Both the position numbers and the translations under genes were made by a program. The notes beneath the pieces are model-generated. The model made no database searches and was not told where the DNA came from. It saw nothing but the letters and a program-made list of their open reading frames with translations. From positions 15,453-79,452 of the forward strand of contig MIBJ01000057.1 in assembly GCA_001829495.1 (NCBI GenBank): a stretch of 64,000 bases of DNA, in the 5' to 3' direction. This document shows positions 34,747-43,543 of this stretch, one piece after another. Position 1 is the stretch's first letter; each line of letters starts with the position of its first letter. The stretch is from Spirochaetes bacterium RBG_16_49_21 (GTDB lineage: Bacteria > Spirochaetota > UBA4802 > UBA5550).

Positions 34747-34773
34747 GCCGTCACAAAATGTGACGGCTTTTTT
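34747..34773 (+). terminator. Intrinsic terminator (attenuator) upstream of leuA
   Basis: GCCGTCACA-AAA-TGTGACGGC followed by TTTTTT, 23 nt upstream of the leuA ATG. Confidence 0.65.
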
Positions 34774-34795
34774 ATTATATAACAGGAGTGCGATC

Positions 34796-36379
34796 ATGAA
34801 GGAAAGAGAAAAAATCATAATATTCGACACGACGCTTCGCGACGGTGAGCAGTCTCCCGGCTTTACCATGAATATAAAAGAAAAGATTCTATTCGCCGAT
34901 CAGCTTATCAAGCTGGGGGTTGATGTGATCGAGGCCGGATTCCCCGTGGCTTCGGAAGGAGACTTTGAGGCAGTTCAGCTCATAGCTGAGCGCGCCGGCG
35001 AGCTTACGGTGGCCGGACTTGCGAGAACGGACGCCGGGGATATCGATATCGCCTGGAAGGCGCTCAAGAACGCGAAGCATCCGCGCATCCATACCTTTAT
35101 ATCGAGCTCGGACATCCATATACAATACCAGCTCAAATCGACGAGGGAAGAGGTGCTTAAAGCCGCGCTTGAAGCGGTGCGTTACGCGAGGGGATACACG
35201 GAAGACGTGGAGTTCTCGCCCATGGACGCGACCAGAAGCGACCTGAATTATCTTTCAGAGATGGTTCACGCCGTCATCGAAGCGGGCGCTCAAACCGTCA
35301 ATATACCGGACACGGTCGGCTATGCCATTCCCTCGGATTTTTCCCGGATGATACGGCATCTCTTCCAGCATGTCCCCAATATACGCGATGCGGTAATATC
35401 AGTCCATTGCCATAACGATCTGGGGCTCGCCGTGGCGAACTCCCTGGCAGCGATCGAGGCGGGCGCGCGGCAGGTGGAGTGCACGGTAAACGGGATCGGC
35501 GAGCGGGCCGGGAACACCGCCATGGAAGAGATTGTCATGGCGATACGGACCAGAAGCGATCTCTTCAATGTCCGCACCGATATCAATACAAAGCAGATAG
35601 TTCCCACGAGCCGCCTCCTCACCAACATCACCGGCGTGGCGGTGCAGCCGAATAAGGCGGTGGTGGGCGATAACGCCTTTGCCCATGAATCCGGGATACA
35701 TCAGGACGGCATGCTGAAAAACGCGGTCACCTATGAGATCATGAGGCCTGAGGATGTGGGAATAGCTAAATCCACGCTGGTGCTGGGGAAGCACTCCGGC
35801 AGGCACGCGGTTCTTGACCGGCTTGAAGCTCTGGGATTCAAGCTCAGCCGGGAAGAGCTGGATCGTTTTATCAAGTATTTTAAGGACCTTGCTGACAAGA
35901 AGAAAGAAATACACGATGAAGACCTCATGGCCCTTGTCGGCGAATCGATGTACAAGAGCGGGGATGAGCGGCGGTACAAGGTTGAGAACATTCAGATTTC
36001 CACAGGCATGCAGTCGCTGCCCATGGCAATGGTAACCCTGAAGGATCATTACAGCGGCAGTAACGAGGTATTTGAAGTAGCTCACGGAAACGGAGGTGTT
36101 GATGCCGGCATAAACGCTGTAAAAAAGATTACCGGCACAAGAGCGTATCTCAAGGCCTTTAACCTGGTGGCTATCACCGGAGGATCTGACGCGCTTTCCG
36201 AGGTTCATTCCACGGTTGTTGAGAAGGTTGAAGAAAAAGAACTCAAGGTCTTCGGCGTCGGCGTGAGTATCGATATATCCGTGGCCGGGATCATCTCTTT
36301 CGTGGACGCCTTGAACAAGCTGGAGCACATGAAGAAGATCGGAAAGCTCCGTAAGGACGTCATTAATGTATCTTTATGA
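34796..36379 (+). CDS. leuA: 2-isopropylmalate synthase
   Basis: IFDTTLRDGEQSPG, HCHNDLGLAVANSLAA and a C-terminal LeuA dimerisation/regulatory domain. AGGAG RBS upstream of the ATG at 34796. Confidence 0.9.
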   Translation: MKEREKIIIFDTTLRDGEQSPGFTMNIKEKILFADQLIKLGVDVIEAGFPVASEGDFEAVQLIAERAGELTVAGLARTDAGDIDIAWKALKNAKHPRIHTFISSSDIHIQYQLKSTREEVLKAALEAVRYARGYTEDVEFSPMDATRSDLNYLSEMVHAVIEAGAQTVNIPDTVGYAIPSDFSRMIRHLFQHVPNIRDAVISVHCHNDLGLAVANSLAAIEAGARQVECTVNGIGERAGNTAMEEIVMAIRTRSDLFNVRTDINTKQIVPTSRLLTNITGVAVQPNKAVVGDNAFAHESGIHQDGMLKNAVTYEIMRPEDVGIAKSTLVLGKHSGRHAVLDRLEALGFKLSREELDRFIKYFKDLADKKKEIHDEDLMALVGESMYKSGDERRYKVENIQISTGMQSLPMAMVTLKDHYSGSNEVFEVAHGNGGVDAGINAVKKITGTRAYLKAFNLVAITGGSDALSEVHSTVVEKVEEKELKVFGVGVSIDISVAGIISFVDALNKLEHMKKIGKLRKDVINVSL

Positions 36380-36399
36380 GACTTTTTCTTTTAAATTAT

Positions 36400-36421
36400 G
36401 CCCTGCGCCAGCGCGCAGGGC
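36400..36421 (+). terminator. GC hairpin after leuA (no clear U-tract)
   Basis: GCCCTGCGC-CAGC-GCGCAGGGC, 21 nt after the stop codon. Confidence 0.4.
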
Positions 36422-36580
36422 AATCGGAACAAATACTTAACAAAAATATAGTATTTTAATTGACATTAGAGCATCATTGGTTTAACTTGTATTAAGATTT
36501 TTTTTATTCTTTACAAATTTATGAGACATAAGCTTTAATACGGAGAGGGTCCTATTCGTATACCCTTAGAAGGATATCAT

Positions 36581-36681
36581 TAAACTTGTTGCATAACTAA
36601 ATTATAATTGAAGTGTGCCTCCGCCGCCTTCGGCGGCGGAGGCACAAATTTAAATATTATTGCAGTTTTGCAACAAGTCTA
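36581..36681. mobile_element. Family-2 MITE-like element upstream of recA
   Basis: TAAACTTGTTGCATAAC (36581-) and inverted GTTTTGCAACAAGTCTA (-36681). Central hairpin TGTGCCTCCGCCGCC-TTCG-GGCGGCGGAGGCACA (36614-36646). Confidence 0.65.
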
Positions 36682-36717
36682 TTATCCTATGGATACATCT
36701 AAAATCGAGGTGCAGTA

Positions 36718-37779
36718 ATGGCTGATCAAAAAGAAACAAACCAGAAGGCCCAGGCATTGGAGTCTGCGATTTTACAAATTGAAAAGCAGTTCGGCAAGGG
36801 CTCGATCATGAGGCTCGGCGACGACAGCACGGTGGTTCAGATAGGTGCAATATCAACCGGCTCTCTTGATCTCGATATCGCCCTTGGAATCGGCGGCCTG
36901 CCGCGGGGCAGGGTCGCGGAGATATACGGCCCCGAATCATCGGGCAAGACCACCCTTTCGCTCCATGTCGTGGCCGAGGCCCAGAAACTGGGCGGGGTGG
37001 CGGCCTTTATCGACGCAGAGCACGCCCTGGACCCGGCCTATGCGGCCCGGCTGGGGGTGAAGACCGACGAGCTTCTGGTCTCACAGCCGGATACCGGCGA
37101 GGAGGCTCTGGAGATCGTTGAGGCACTGGTGCGCTCGGGCGCGGTGGATATCATCGTCATCGATTCGGTCGCGGCGCTCGTGCCCAAGGCGGAGATCGAC
37201 GGCGACATGGGGGATTCACACATGGGCCTGCAGGCGCGGCTCATGAGCCAGGCCCTTCGTAAGCTCACCGCAGTCATAGCCAAATCCAAGACCAGCGTGA
37301 TTTTTATAAACCAGATACGCATGAAGATCGGCGTTATGTTCGGCTCGCCTGAAACCACGACCGGCGGTAACGCGCTCAAGTTCTATTCCTCGATCCGGCT
37401 TGATATACGGAGGGTGGAAACCCTGAAATCCGGGGAAGAGGCCATCGGAAACCGGGTCAAGGTAAAGGTAGTGAAAAACAAAGTAGCGCCGCCGTTTCGG
37501 CAGGCGGAATTTGATATTATGTACGACTCCGGCATTTCGAGGGAAGGGGACATTCTCGATCTGGGCGTCAGGTACGAGATTATCAAGAAGTCGGGAACCT
37601 GGTTCTCATACGGCGACGAACGAATCGGCCAGGGAAGGGAGAACGCGAAGAAATATCTGATGGAGAATTCCGCAGTGGCGCAGGAGATCGAGAGAAAAAT
37701 CAAGGACAGCGCCGGGCTTCTGACAAAAGAAACAAAGGGTACCAAGTCATCTGATGACGTGCAGGCCGCGGAAGCCTGA
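36718..37779 (+). CDS. recA: Recombinase RecA
   Basis: [10 protein letters not shown] (Walker A), IVIDSVAAL and [28 protein letters not shown]. Confidence 0.95.
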   Translation: MADQKETNQKAQALESAILQIEKQFGKGSIMRLGDDSTVVQIGAISTGSLDLDIALGIGGLPRGRVAEIYGPESSGKTTLSLHVVAEAQKLGGVAAFIDAEHALDPAYAARLGVKTDELLVSQPDTGEEALEIVEALVRSGAVDIIVIDSVAALVPKAEIDGDMGDSHMGLQARLMSQALRKLTAVIAKSKTSVIFINQIRMKIGVMFGSPETTTGGNALKFYSSIRLDIRRVETLKSGEEAIGNRVKVKVVKNKVAPPFRQAEFDIMYDSGISREGDILDLGVRYEIIKKSGTWFSYGDERIGQGRENAKKYLMENSAVAQEIERKIKDSAGLLTKETKGTKSSDDVQAAEA

Positions 37780-37871
37780 TTAAAAAAATCAGGGATGCCG
37801 GAAAGGTTAAATTTTAATGCGGTTTTCCGTTATCGATTTTGCCGATAATTAAGTATATATCGTGCAGGGTA

Positions 37872-38927
37872 ATGATGAAGAGAACAATAGCGCGCATAAC
37901 GGGTACCGGCATTTTTTTGTTTTTTTTTCATACAGCCGCTCATTCATGGATCTACATTGACACCTCCCAGGTGCCGGTGCCTGCCTTCATGAACAGTTTC
38001 CTTCAGGTCGTGTATGAGCTGCACCATGCCCTTTCCGGAAATGCAAAAAATTACCCGGGCGCCTTTGCTCTTGCCAACGTCGGCGGATACCCGATCGGTG
38101 ATGCCTCTATCGGCGATCCTCCCCATATGTTCTTCGGCGTTTCCGGGACCATGGGATTAGGGAACCTCAAGTACTATGACGAAAATATCCCGCGACAGAA
38201 GAACATATATCCTGCGTATGCTCCAAACGCTTCTCTCTATTTCGGTTTTGGGCTGAATAAGGGATTTGATGTTTTATTTAAAGCAATGGCGTTCAACAGC
38301 GACATTTATCGCCCGCCATTGGACCAAAAGTCGGCACGACTCAATAAATTGAACTACTATTCTTTAGGGAGTAAATTGAGAAAAAACCTGGTGCAGAAAA
38401 AGACGCTTATTCCTGATATTTTTAATTTCGGCGGAATCACCCTAAGCGCGGGCCTTGATTATACCGAAGGAATTATCGACGTCAAGGGTCAATATGATTA
38501 TAGCCTTGGGACTTTTGATGTCGGTGGTACTCCGTATCCGCTTACTTTCAAGGCATATTACGATTTTGATCTCAAATGGTTTATGCTCGCGGGAAACGCC
38601 CAGGCGCTTGTCTACATTGACTTCCTATGGATATTCGATCTGTACACGGGATTCGGGCTGTCCGTGACCTACGGTTATATCGACCTTAACGGCTCCGGTT
38701 TCGGCCAGGTGACCAGGCCTAATCTGACAAATATTTTTGATCCGATTGTTCTGGGCGGCATATTAGGCCTTGCGCGGTATCACTATTATCCCCGTCCTTT
38801 TATGGGCCTCTTCATAGCCGGGCTTGAGATAAATATCTGGGTGCTGAAGCTGAATGTTGAGACCATGGTAAACATAAGCAACGGCAAAGATATAAATGTC
38901 CAGGTGGGAACCAGGTGCCAATTTTAG
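37872..38927 (+). CDS. Hypothetical outer-membrane/secreted protein
   Basis: Signal-like N-terminus MMKRTIARITGTGIFLFFFHTAAHS. The body is Gly/Tyr/Phe-rich with alternating beta-strand character and ends in aromatic ...TRCQF. Confidence 0.45.
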   Translation: MMKRTIARITGTGIFLFFFHTAAHSWIYIDTSQVPVPAFMNSFLQVVYELHHALSGNAKNYPGAFALANVGGYPIGDASIGDPPHMFFGVSGTMGLGNLKYYDENIPRQKNIYPAYAPNASLYFGFGLNKGFDVLFKAMAFNSDIYRPPLDQKSARLNKLNYYSLGSKLRKNLVQKKTLIPDIFNFGGITLSAGLDYTEGIIDVKGQYDYSLGTFDVGGTPYPLTFKAYYDFDLKWFMLAGNAQALVYIDFLWIFDLYTGFGLSVTYGYIDLNGSGFGQVTRPNLTNIFDPIVLGGILGLARYHYYPRPFMGLFIAGLEINIWVLKLNVETMVNISNGKDINVQVGTRCQF

Positions 38928-39094
38928 CTTTTATTCATGAACATTCGCCATAGCTGATCAGATATTCATTTACCGCTTGAAATTCATTTGACTTTTTATC
39001 ACCTGTTGCACCTATAGTGCCATTGTGCTTGAATGCTCTTCATGATTTACCGATTTGATACACATATTATCAACGTAGGGGAGAATTTAATACC

Positions 39095-40480
39095 ATGAAA
39101 AGACTTTCTGTTATTCTGTTAAGTTTTATAATTTTACTTCCCGGATGCAAGCGGGCTACGGATGTGCTGGCGTCCTATACCGGAGGCCGGATCACCAGGG
39201 GAGAGTTCTATGACTGGATGGATTTCCGGAATATGCCCAAAGAGGCCATTCTGAAGAATAAATCCCAGCAGAAGAGCCAGCTTGAGCAGCTTGCTACTGA
39301 AAAGCTGGCGGGTCAGGAGGCAAAGAAAGCCAAGTTCGACCAGGGCGAGGATTTCCGGTATCTGAACGATTTTTTTAAACAGAATTTTTATGCCCAATAC
39401 CTGTCCAAGGCCGTCAGCACTGAAGGCGCATTCAAGGAAAAGGCGGCAAAAGTCAGAATCATCAAGCTCATGGTCAGGAACTACAAAATTGTGAATAACC
39501 GGAGAATTAATCTCACCGGAGATGAACTTGAATCCGCTTTCAAGGAAAAGGTCGACAAGGCAAAATCCATAATTTCAGAATTGGACAAGGGGGCTTCTTT
39601 CGAGGAGGCTGCGAAAAAGCATTCAGAGGATTTCTCCAAGAGAAAAGGGGGGGACATAGGCTATGTCATTGACGGCATGAGAAGCAAGGCTTTCACCGGC
39701 GCCGTTTTTTCTCTTAAAGAGGGCTCCTTCACCAGGGAGCCGCTCAAGGAGGGAAACGCTGTCTATATAATCCAGGTGGAGGACATCGTTACCATGACCG
39801 GGGATAACATCGACGATGTCATTAAAGACAAAAGCCAGCAGATGGGTATGAAGCGGCGCCTCATGTATAATTCCGCTGCCAAGCTTCAGGAGAAATTGCT
39901 GAACACAAAAGACATTGAGAATAATATTGATAAAGCAGACCTTAGAAATCCCGCTGCACCGGTTTATAAAATCGGCAGCAAGGAATTCAAGGTTGCTGAT
40001 CTGAACAAACTCATTGATTTCATTGCCAAGCGCAAAAAGGGGATGGGGTTCCCGGATAAAGGAGTGAGCGAGGAGGACAAGAAAAAAACAGCGAAGAACA
40101 TTCTCCAGCAGGAGGCTCTCATGAGGGAGGCGATACGGAGGGGATTGGACAAGGAGGAAAAATTCAAGAAAGAACTGAAGTTCACCATGGATTATTATCT
40201 TTCCGGAACCTATCAGACCGAAATTGTCCTCGCCGATATCAAGGTCACGCCCCCGGATGTACGTGAGTACTACAATAAAAATCTTGAGAGGATGTTCAGC
40301 AGAAATTTAAAGGAAGGAAAGAAAACCGTTAAAAAACCCGTTCCCTTTGATACCGTAAGAAATTCCATTGAGTACCGGCTCGTCAATATCAAACGCTCCG
40401 AGAAAATAAAGAGCTGGGCCGATGAGCTGCTCAAAAAAAATAAATTTAAAATAAATGATTCAGAGCTGGAGGGGAAATAG
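39095..40480 (+). CDS. PpiC-type peptidyl-prolyl isomerase lipoprotein (SurA/PrsA-like)
   Basis: Lipobox LLPGC and a parvulin domain (FEEAAKKHSEDFSKRKGGDIGYV...AVYIIQVED). Confidence 0.75.
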   Translation: MKRLSVILLSFIILLPGCKRATDVLASYTGGRITRGEFYDWMDFRNMPKEAILKNKSQQKSQLEQLATEKLAGQEAKKAKFDQGEDFRYLNDFFKQNFYAQYLSKAVSTEGAFKEKAAKVRIIKLMVRNYKIVNNRRINLTGDELESAFKEKVDKAKSIISELDKGASFEEAAKKHSEDFSKRKGGDIGYVIDGMRSKAFTGAVFSLKEGSFTREPLKEGNAVYIIQVEDIVTMTGDNIDDVIKDKSQQMGMKRRLMYNSAAKLQEKLLNTKDIENNIDKADLRNPAAPVYKIGSKEFKVADLNKLIDFIAKRKKGMGFPDKGVSEEDKKKTAKNILQQEALMREAIRRGLDKEEKFKKELKFTMDYYLSGTYQTEIVLADIKVTPPDVREYYNKNLERMFSRNLKEGKKTVKKPVPFDTVRNSIEYRLVNIKRSEKIKSWADELLKKNKFKINDSELEGK

Positions 40481-40490
40481 ATGCAATTGA

Positions 40491-40532
40491 TTCCCGCGTA
40501 GGGAACGGTCGCGACCGTTCCCTACGCGGGAA
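40491..40532. terminator. 42-bp perfect palindrome (family 3) between the PPIase gene and the convergent HicB-like gene
   Basis: TTCCCGCGTAGGGAACGGTCG|CGACCGTTCCCTACGCGGGAA. The core GGGAACGGTCGCGACCGTTCCCTAC recurs at 41076-41100. Confidence 0.65.
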
Positions 40533-40543
40533 TCCCGTCCTCG

Positions 40544-40798
40544 TTAATTAATCGTATTTGTGTAAGAATTGGCCAGTTCTTCATTGATCTCCTGTCTGTT
40601 TTCCCCTTCGATTGAAATTTCACTTAACGTCTCGACGTCCAGGCCGAGCTCCTTTGCGGAATCAACATAAAAGTTGATCACTTTTTTTATTCTTCGTATC
40701 GCCTCATTCCTGTCCGCGCCGTAGCAGTTTATATCGAGTTCAGGGCAGTTGGCGATGATTTCATCCTGGTTGTGGATCAGTCTGATGGACAATTTCAT
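40544..40798 (-). CDS. HicB-like (UPF0150-type) small protein
   Basis: 84 aa. IANCPELDINCYGADRNEAIRRIKKVINFYVDSAKELG fits the HicB N-domain pattern (..PEL.g..t.G.t.eEA....keai..y..). AT-rich codon usage. Confidence 0.5.
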   Translation of the reverse strand: MKLSIRLIHNQDEIIANCPELDINCYGADRNEAIRRIKKVINFYVDSAKELGLDVETLSEISIEGENRQEINEELANSYTNTIN

Positions 40799-41075
40799 AC
40801 ATTAACCTTTTAATTGAATTCAACAGATACATCAAGTCCGGCCCGGACCTGCCTGAATATTCAGCCTTGCTTTTTTATTATCGTCAATTCGTCTAATATG
40901 CTTAAATGGTTCAACCTTCTGACCAGCGCGACTCTACGTATCTGTGTTAAGGTGGCTAAACGTGCATCCCAAAACTTGGGTATTGCCGTATAAATAAATT
41001 TGTGATGTAACATTAACAACTTTATGCATGAAAAAATCTTGACAATCCTTCGTCATGAAAAATCCTGAAAAAGCC

Positions 41076-41100
41076 GGGAACGGTCGCGACCGTTCCCTAC
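41076..41100. repeat. Second copy of the family-3 palindrome core
   Basis: GGGAACGGTCGCGACCGTTCCCTAC is identical to 40501-40525. It lies 25 nt upstream of the atpZ-like start. Confidence 0.8.
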
Positions 41101-41124
41101 TGAAGCAAGGAGCATCTTCCGAAT

Positions 41125-41376
41125 TTGGAAAAGAAAAAGACAAGCCGCGCCTTTTTTGAATACTCGACTATTGGAATACAACTGGCCGTGACGGTGATAG
41201 CTTTTGTGATCGGAGGATATAAGCTTGATGAATATCTTCATCAATCGCCGGTCTTCATTACCATCGGCGCGTTTTTGGGAATGGCGATCGGTTTTTATCA
41301 TCTTATAAAGCAGCTATTCAATATGGAGAAATCAGAAAAAAAAGAAAAAAATGAAGAAAGAAAAAAGTGGCTATAG
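41125..41376 (+). CDS. AtpZ/AtpI-family small membrane protein
   Basis: Two TM helices (STIGIQLAVTVIAFVIGGY, PVFITIGAFLGMAIGFY) and a Lys/Glu tail. It is the first gene of the atp cluster. TTG start with a distant AAGGAG. Confidence 0.55.
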   Translation: MEKKKTSRAFFEYSTIGIQLAVTVIAFVIGGYKLDEYLHQSPVFITIGAFLGMAIGFYHLIKQLFNMEKSEKKEKNEERKKWL

Positions 41377-41503
41377 AGAAATTATCTTGATTTTTAAGCC
41401 TTATTTTTTTATATGGTCACCAGAAGCAAATAATGCGATTGCGCGAGTGTAATAAACGTTATTAACTATCGACCGGATTAAATAAAGTTGGAGGAGATAT
41501 CCC

Positions 41504-42463
41504 TTGAAACGGGCAATTCCGCTTTTTTTGGCAATTATCGCATATATTTTTTTTCTCATGTTTCTGCTGTCACCGAGCGGCGGCCATCATGAAGAGGGCG
41601 GCGTCGGTGAAATTGTCATCAGCGAGCTCACCGATTATCCTATCGGAAAGATTGCCGTCAATCCGACGGATAACTTCATCGTAATCCAGCTCAAGCACTT
41701 TAACAATTTCATCGCGAAGATCAATGAGAGCATCCTGAAAAATATCAGGGTCAATTTCGGTTTCATTCAGAGTGACATGAGAATAACCAAACGGGTCATG
41801 ATGATGTGGCTCACGGTGCTTCTGTGCGTTTTCATATTCGTCCCTCTGGCACGCAGAATAAAAAAGGACAAACTCGGTTCGGAATCGAAATGGGTGAATC
41901 TGTGGGAGTTCGCCATCGGCTGGGTGCACGATAACGTAGTTGAGCCGAATTTTGAAGGCAAATATATCAATACGGCAATGCCCTATTTCCTCACCCTGTT
42001 CTTTTTTATACTGTTTTGTAATTTCGTGGGACTATTGCCGGGGATGTCAACCGCCACCGGAAACCTGGCGGTGACGGGCGGATTGGCCATGCTTACGTTA
42101 CTGAGTATAATCGTCGTAGGAGTGGTTAAACAGGGCCCGCTCTGGATATACAAGGGTACCGTGCCCCATGGCGTTCCTTTTATTCTGGGGCTTCTGCTGC
42201 TCTGGCCTATTGAGTTGATCGGATTGCTCATCAGACCCTTTGCGCTCACGATCCGACTCTTCGCAAACATGACGGCCGGCCATGTCGTCATAATCATATT
42301 CATATTCCTGGTGATGATGTTTAAAACATATTTTATCGGAATAGGATCCGTGATCGGTTCGCTCATGATTTATTTTTTGGAGATGCTGGTGGCGATTATA
42401 CAGGCGTATATCTTCACAGTTTTATCAGCGATGTTTATCGGTTCATCAATGCATGCGCATTGA
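41504..42463 (+). CDS. atpB: F0F1 ATP synthase subunit a (with N-terminal extension)
   Basis: Conserved LTIRLFANMTAGH (essential Arg) and a multi-TM layout. TTG start 8 nt after GGAGGA. Confidence 0.85.
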   Translation: MKRAIPLFLAIIAYIFFLMFLLSPSGGHHEEGGVGEIVISELTDYPIGKIAVNPTDNFIVIQLKHFNNFIAKINESILKNIRVNFGFIQSDMRITKRVMMMWLTVLLCVFIFVPLARRIKKDKLGSESKWVNLWEFAIGWVHDNVVEPNFEGKYINTAMPYFLTLFFFILFCNFVGLLPGMSTATGNLAVTGGLAMLTLLSIIVVGVVKQGPLWIYKGTVPHGVPFILGLLLLWPIELIGLLIRPFALTIRLFANMTAGHVVIIIFIFLVMMFKTYFIGIGSVIGSLMIYFLEMLVAIIQAYIFTVLSAMFIGSSMHAH

Positions 42464-42472
42464 TTATAAGTA

Positions 42473-42489
42473 GTTATGCAACAAGTCTA
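42473..42489. repeat. Solo family-2 terminus
   Basis: GTTATGCAACAAGTCTA, 10 nt after the atpB stop. No partner end found. Confidence 0.5.
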
Positions 42490-42741
42490 TTGATCGTCTC
42501 GTTGAACTTATAAATTAATTTTTATAGATTAATTTATATATTATACACGGAAACTTCTAAAAATTTTTTATGAATGTTTCCTTTGGGGCACAGTTAAGGT
42601 TTCCATTTTCAATAGAAAAACAGTTTTTAGAGGTGCCCATAATCGGTTAAGGAAACTTCAAAGGTACTTTGTACGGATGTTTCCTTGAAAGGGTTAAAGA
42701 AGTTTGATACAATTTTTGTAAACCAAAGACTTTAGGAGGAA

Positions 42742-43029
42742 ATGATGGAATATTTAGGTTTCGCGTATCTGGCTGCCGGGCTGGGTGTCGGTTTGGTTGT
42801 TATCGGGGCTGCTCTGGGAATCGGCAGACTGGCCGCCAGCGCTCTCGAGGGTATGGCGCGCCAGCCTGAGATGAGCGGTGATTTACGGACAGCGATGATT
42901 ATCGCGGCAGCACTGATCGAAGGTTTTACCTTTTTTGCTCTTGTCGTAACCTTCATGCTGGCAATTCAAAAGCCGCCTGAGAAGGGTGTGGCTCCGACCG
43001 AAGAGAAAAAAGTGGAAGAGAAGAAGTAA
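42742..43029 (+). CDS. atpE: F0F1 ATP synthase subunit c
   Basis: GLGVGLVVIGAALGIGR...ARQPE...AAALIEGFTFFALV (carboxylate Glu in helix 2). AGGAGG RBS. Confidence 0.9.
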   Translation: MMEYLGFAYLAAGLGVGLVVIGAALGIGRLAASALEGMARQPEMSGDLRTAMIIAAALIEGFTFFALVVTFMLAIQKPPEKGVAPTEEKKVEEKK

Positions 43030-43033
43030 GCAT

Positions 43034-43543
43034 ATGGACTTCTTAAAGGAAGGATTACTAAAGGTAGATCCCGGGCTTCTGCTCTGGACCATAATTACTT
43101 TTATCGTTCTTCTTCTCATCTTGTGGAAAGCGGCATGGAAGCCGATTGTTGAAGCATTGGACGCCAGAGCGGAAAAAGTCCGTTTCGATATTGATAATGC
43201 GGAACGATCGCGCCAGGAGGCGGAGAAGCTTCTGTCCCAGCACCGGGAGATGATGAACAATGCCAGAAATGAAGCCGCGCAGATAATTGCACGAGGCAAG
43301 GAAGAGGCCGAGAAAATGAAAAACGATATCATTGAAAAGGCTCACGCCGGAGCAACGGATATCGCTGATCGGGCCGTAAAAGAGATAGAGCTTGCCAAGG
43401 ACAAGGCACTGGCGGATATCAAAACCGAGGTCGTTCTTCTTTCGACTGAGATCGCATCAAAAATATTGAGCAAAAATATTAAACCCGAAGACCAGAAAGC
43501 CCTGGTTGAAGAGGCTTTAAGTAAAATGGGGACGGTTCAGTGA
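43034..43543 (+). CDS. atpF: F0F1 ATP synthase subunit b
   Basis: Single N-terminal TM (LLLWTIITFIVLLLILW) followed by a long charged helix. Position is between atpE and atpH. Confidence 0.85.
   Translation: MDFLKEGLLKVDPGLLLWTIITFIVLLLILWKAAWKPIVEALDARAEKVRFDIDNAERSRQEAEKLLSQHREMMNNARNEAAQIIARGKEEAEKMKNDIIEKAHAGATDIADRAVKEIELAKDKALADIKTEVVLLSTEIASKILSKNIKPEDQKALVEEALSKMGTVQ

Noticed and set aside
40934-41143. 69-aa minus-strand ORF between the HicB-like gene and atpZ.
   Set aside because: - It runs across the family-3 palindrome and the atpZ start region.
- Its sequence is low-complexity (Phe/Ser-rich) with no motif.
- The alternative 50-codon ORF (40861-41013) is a better, though still weak, candidate.
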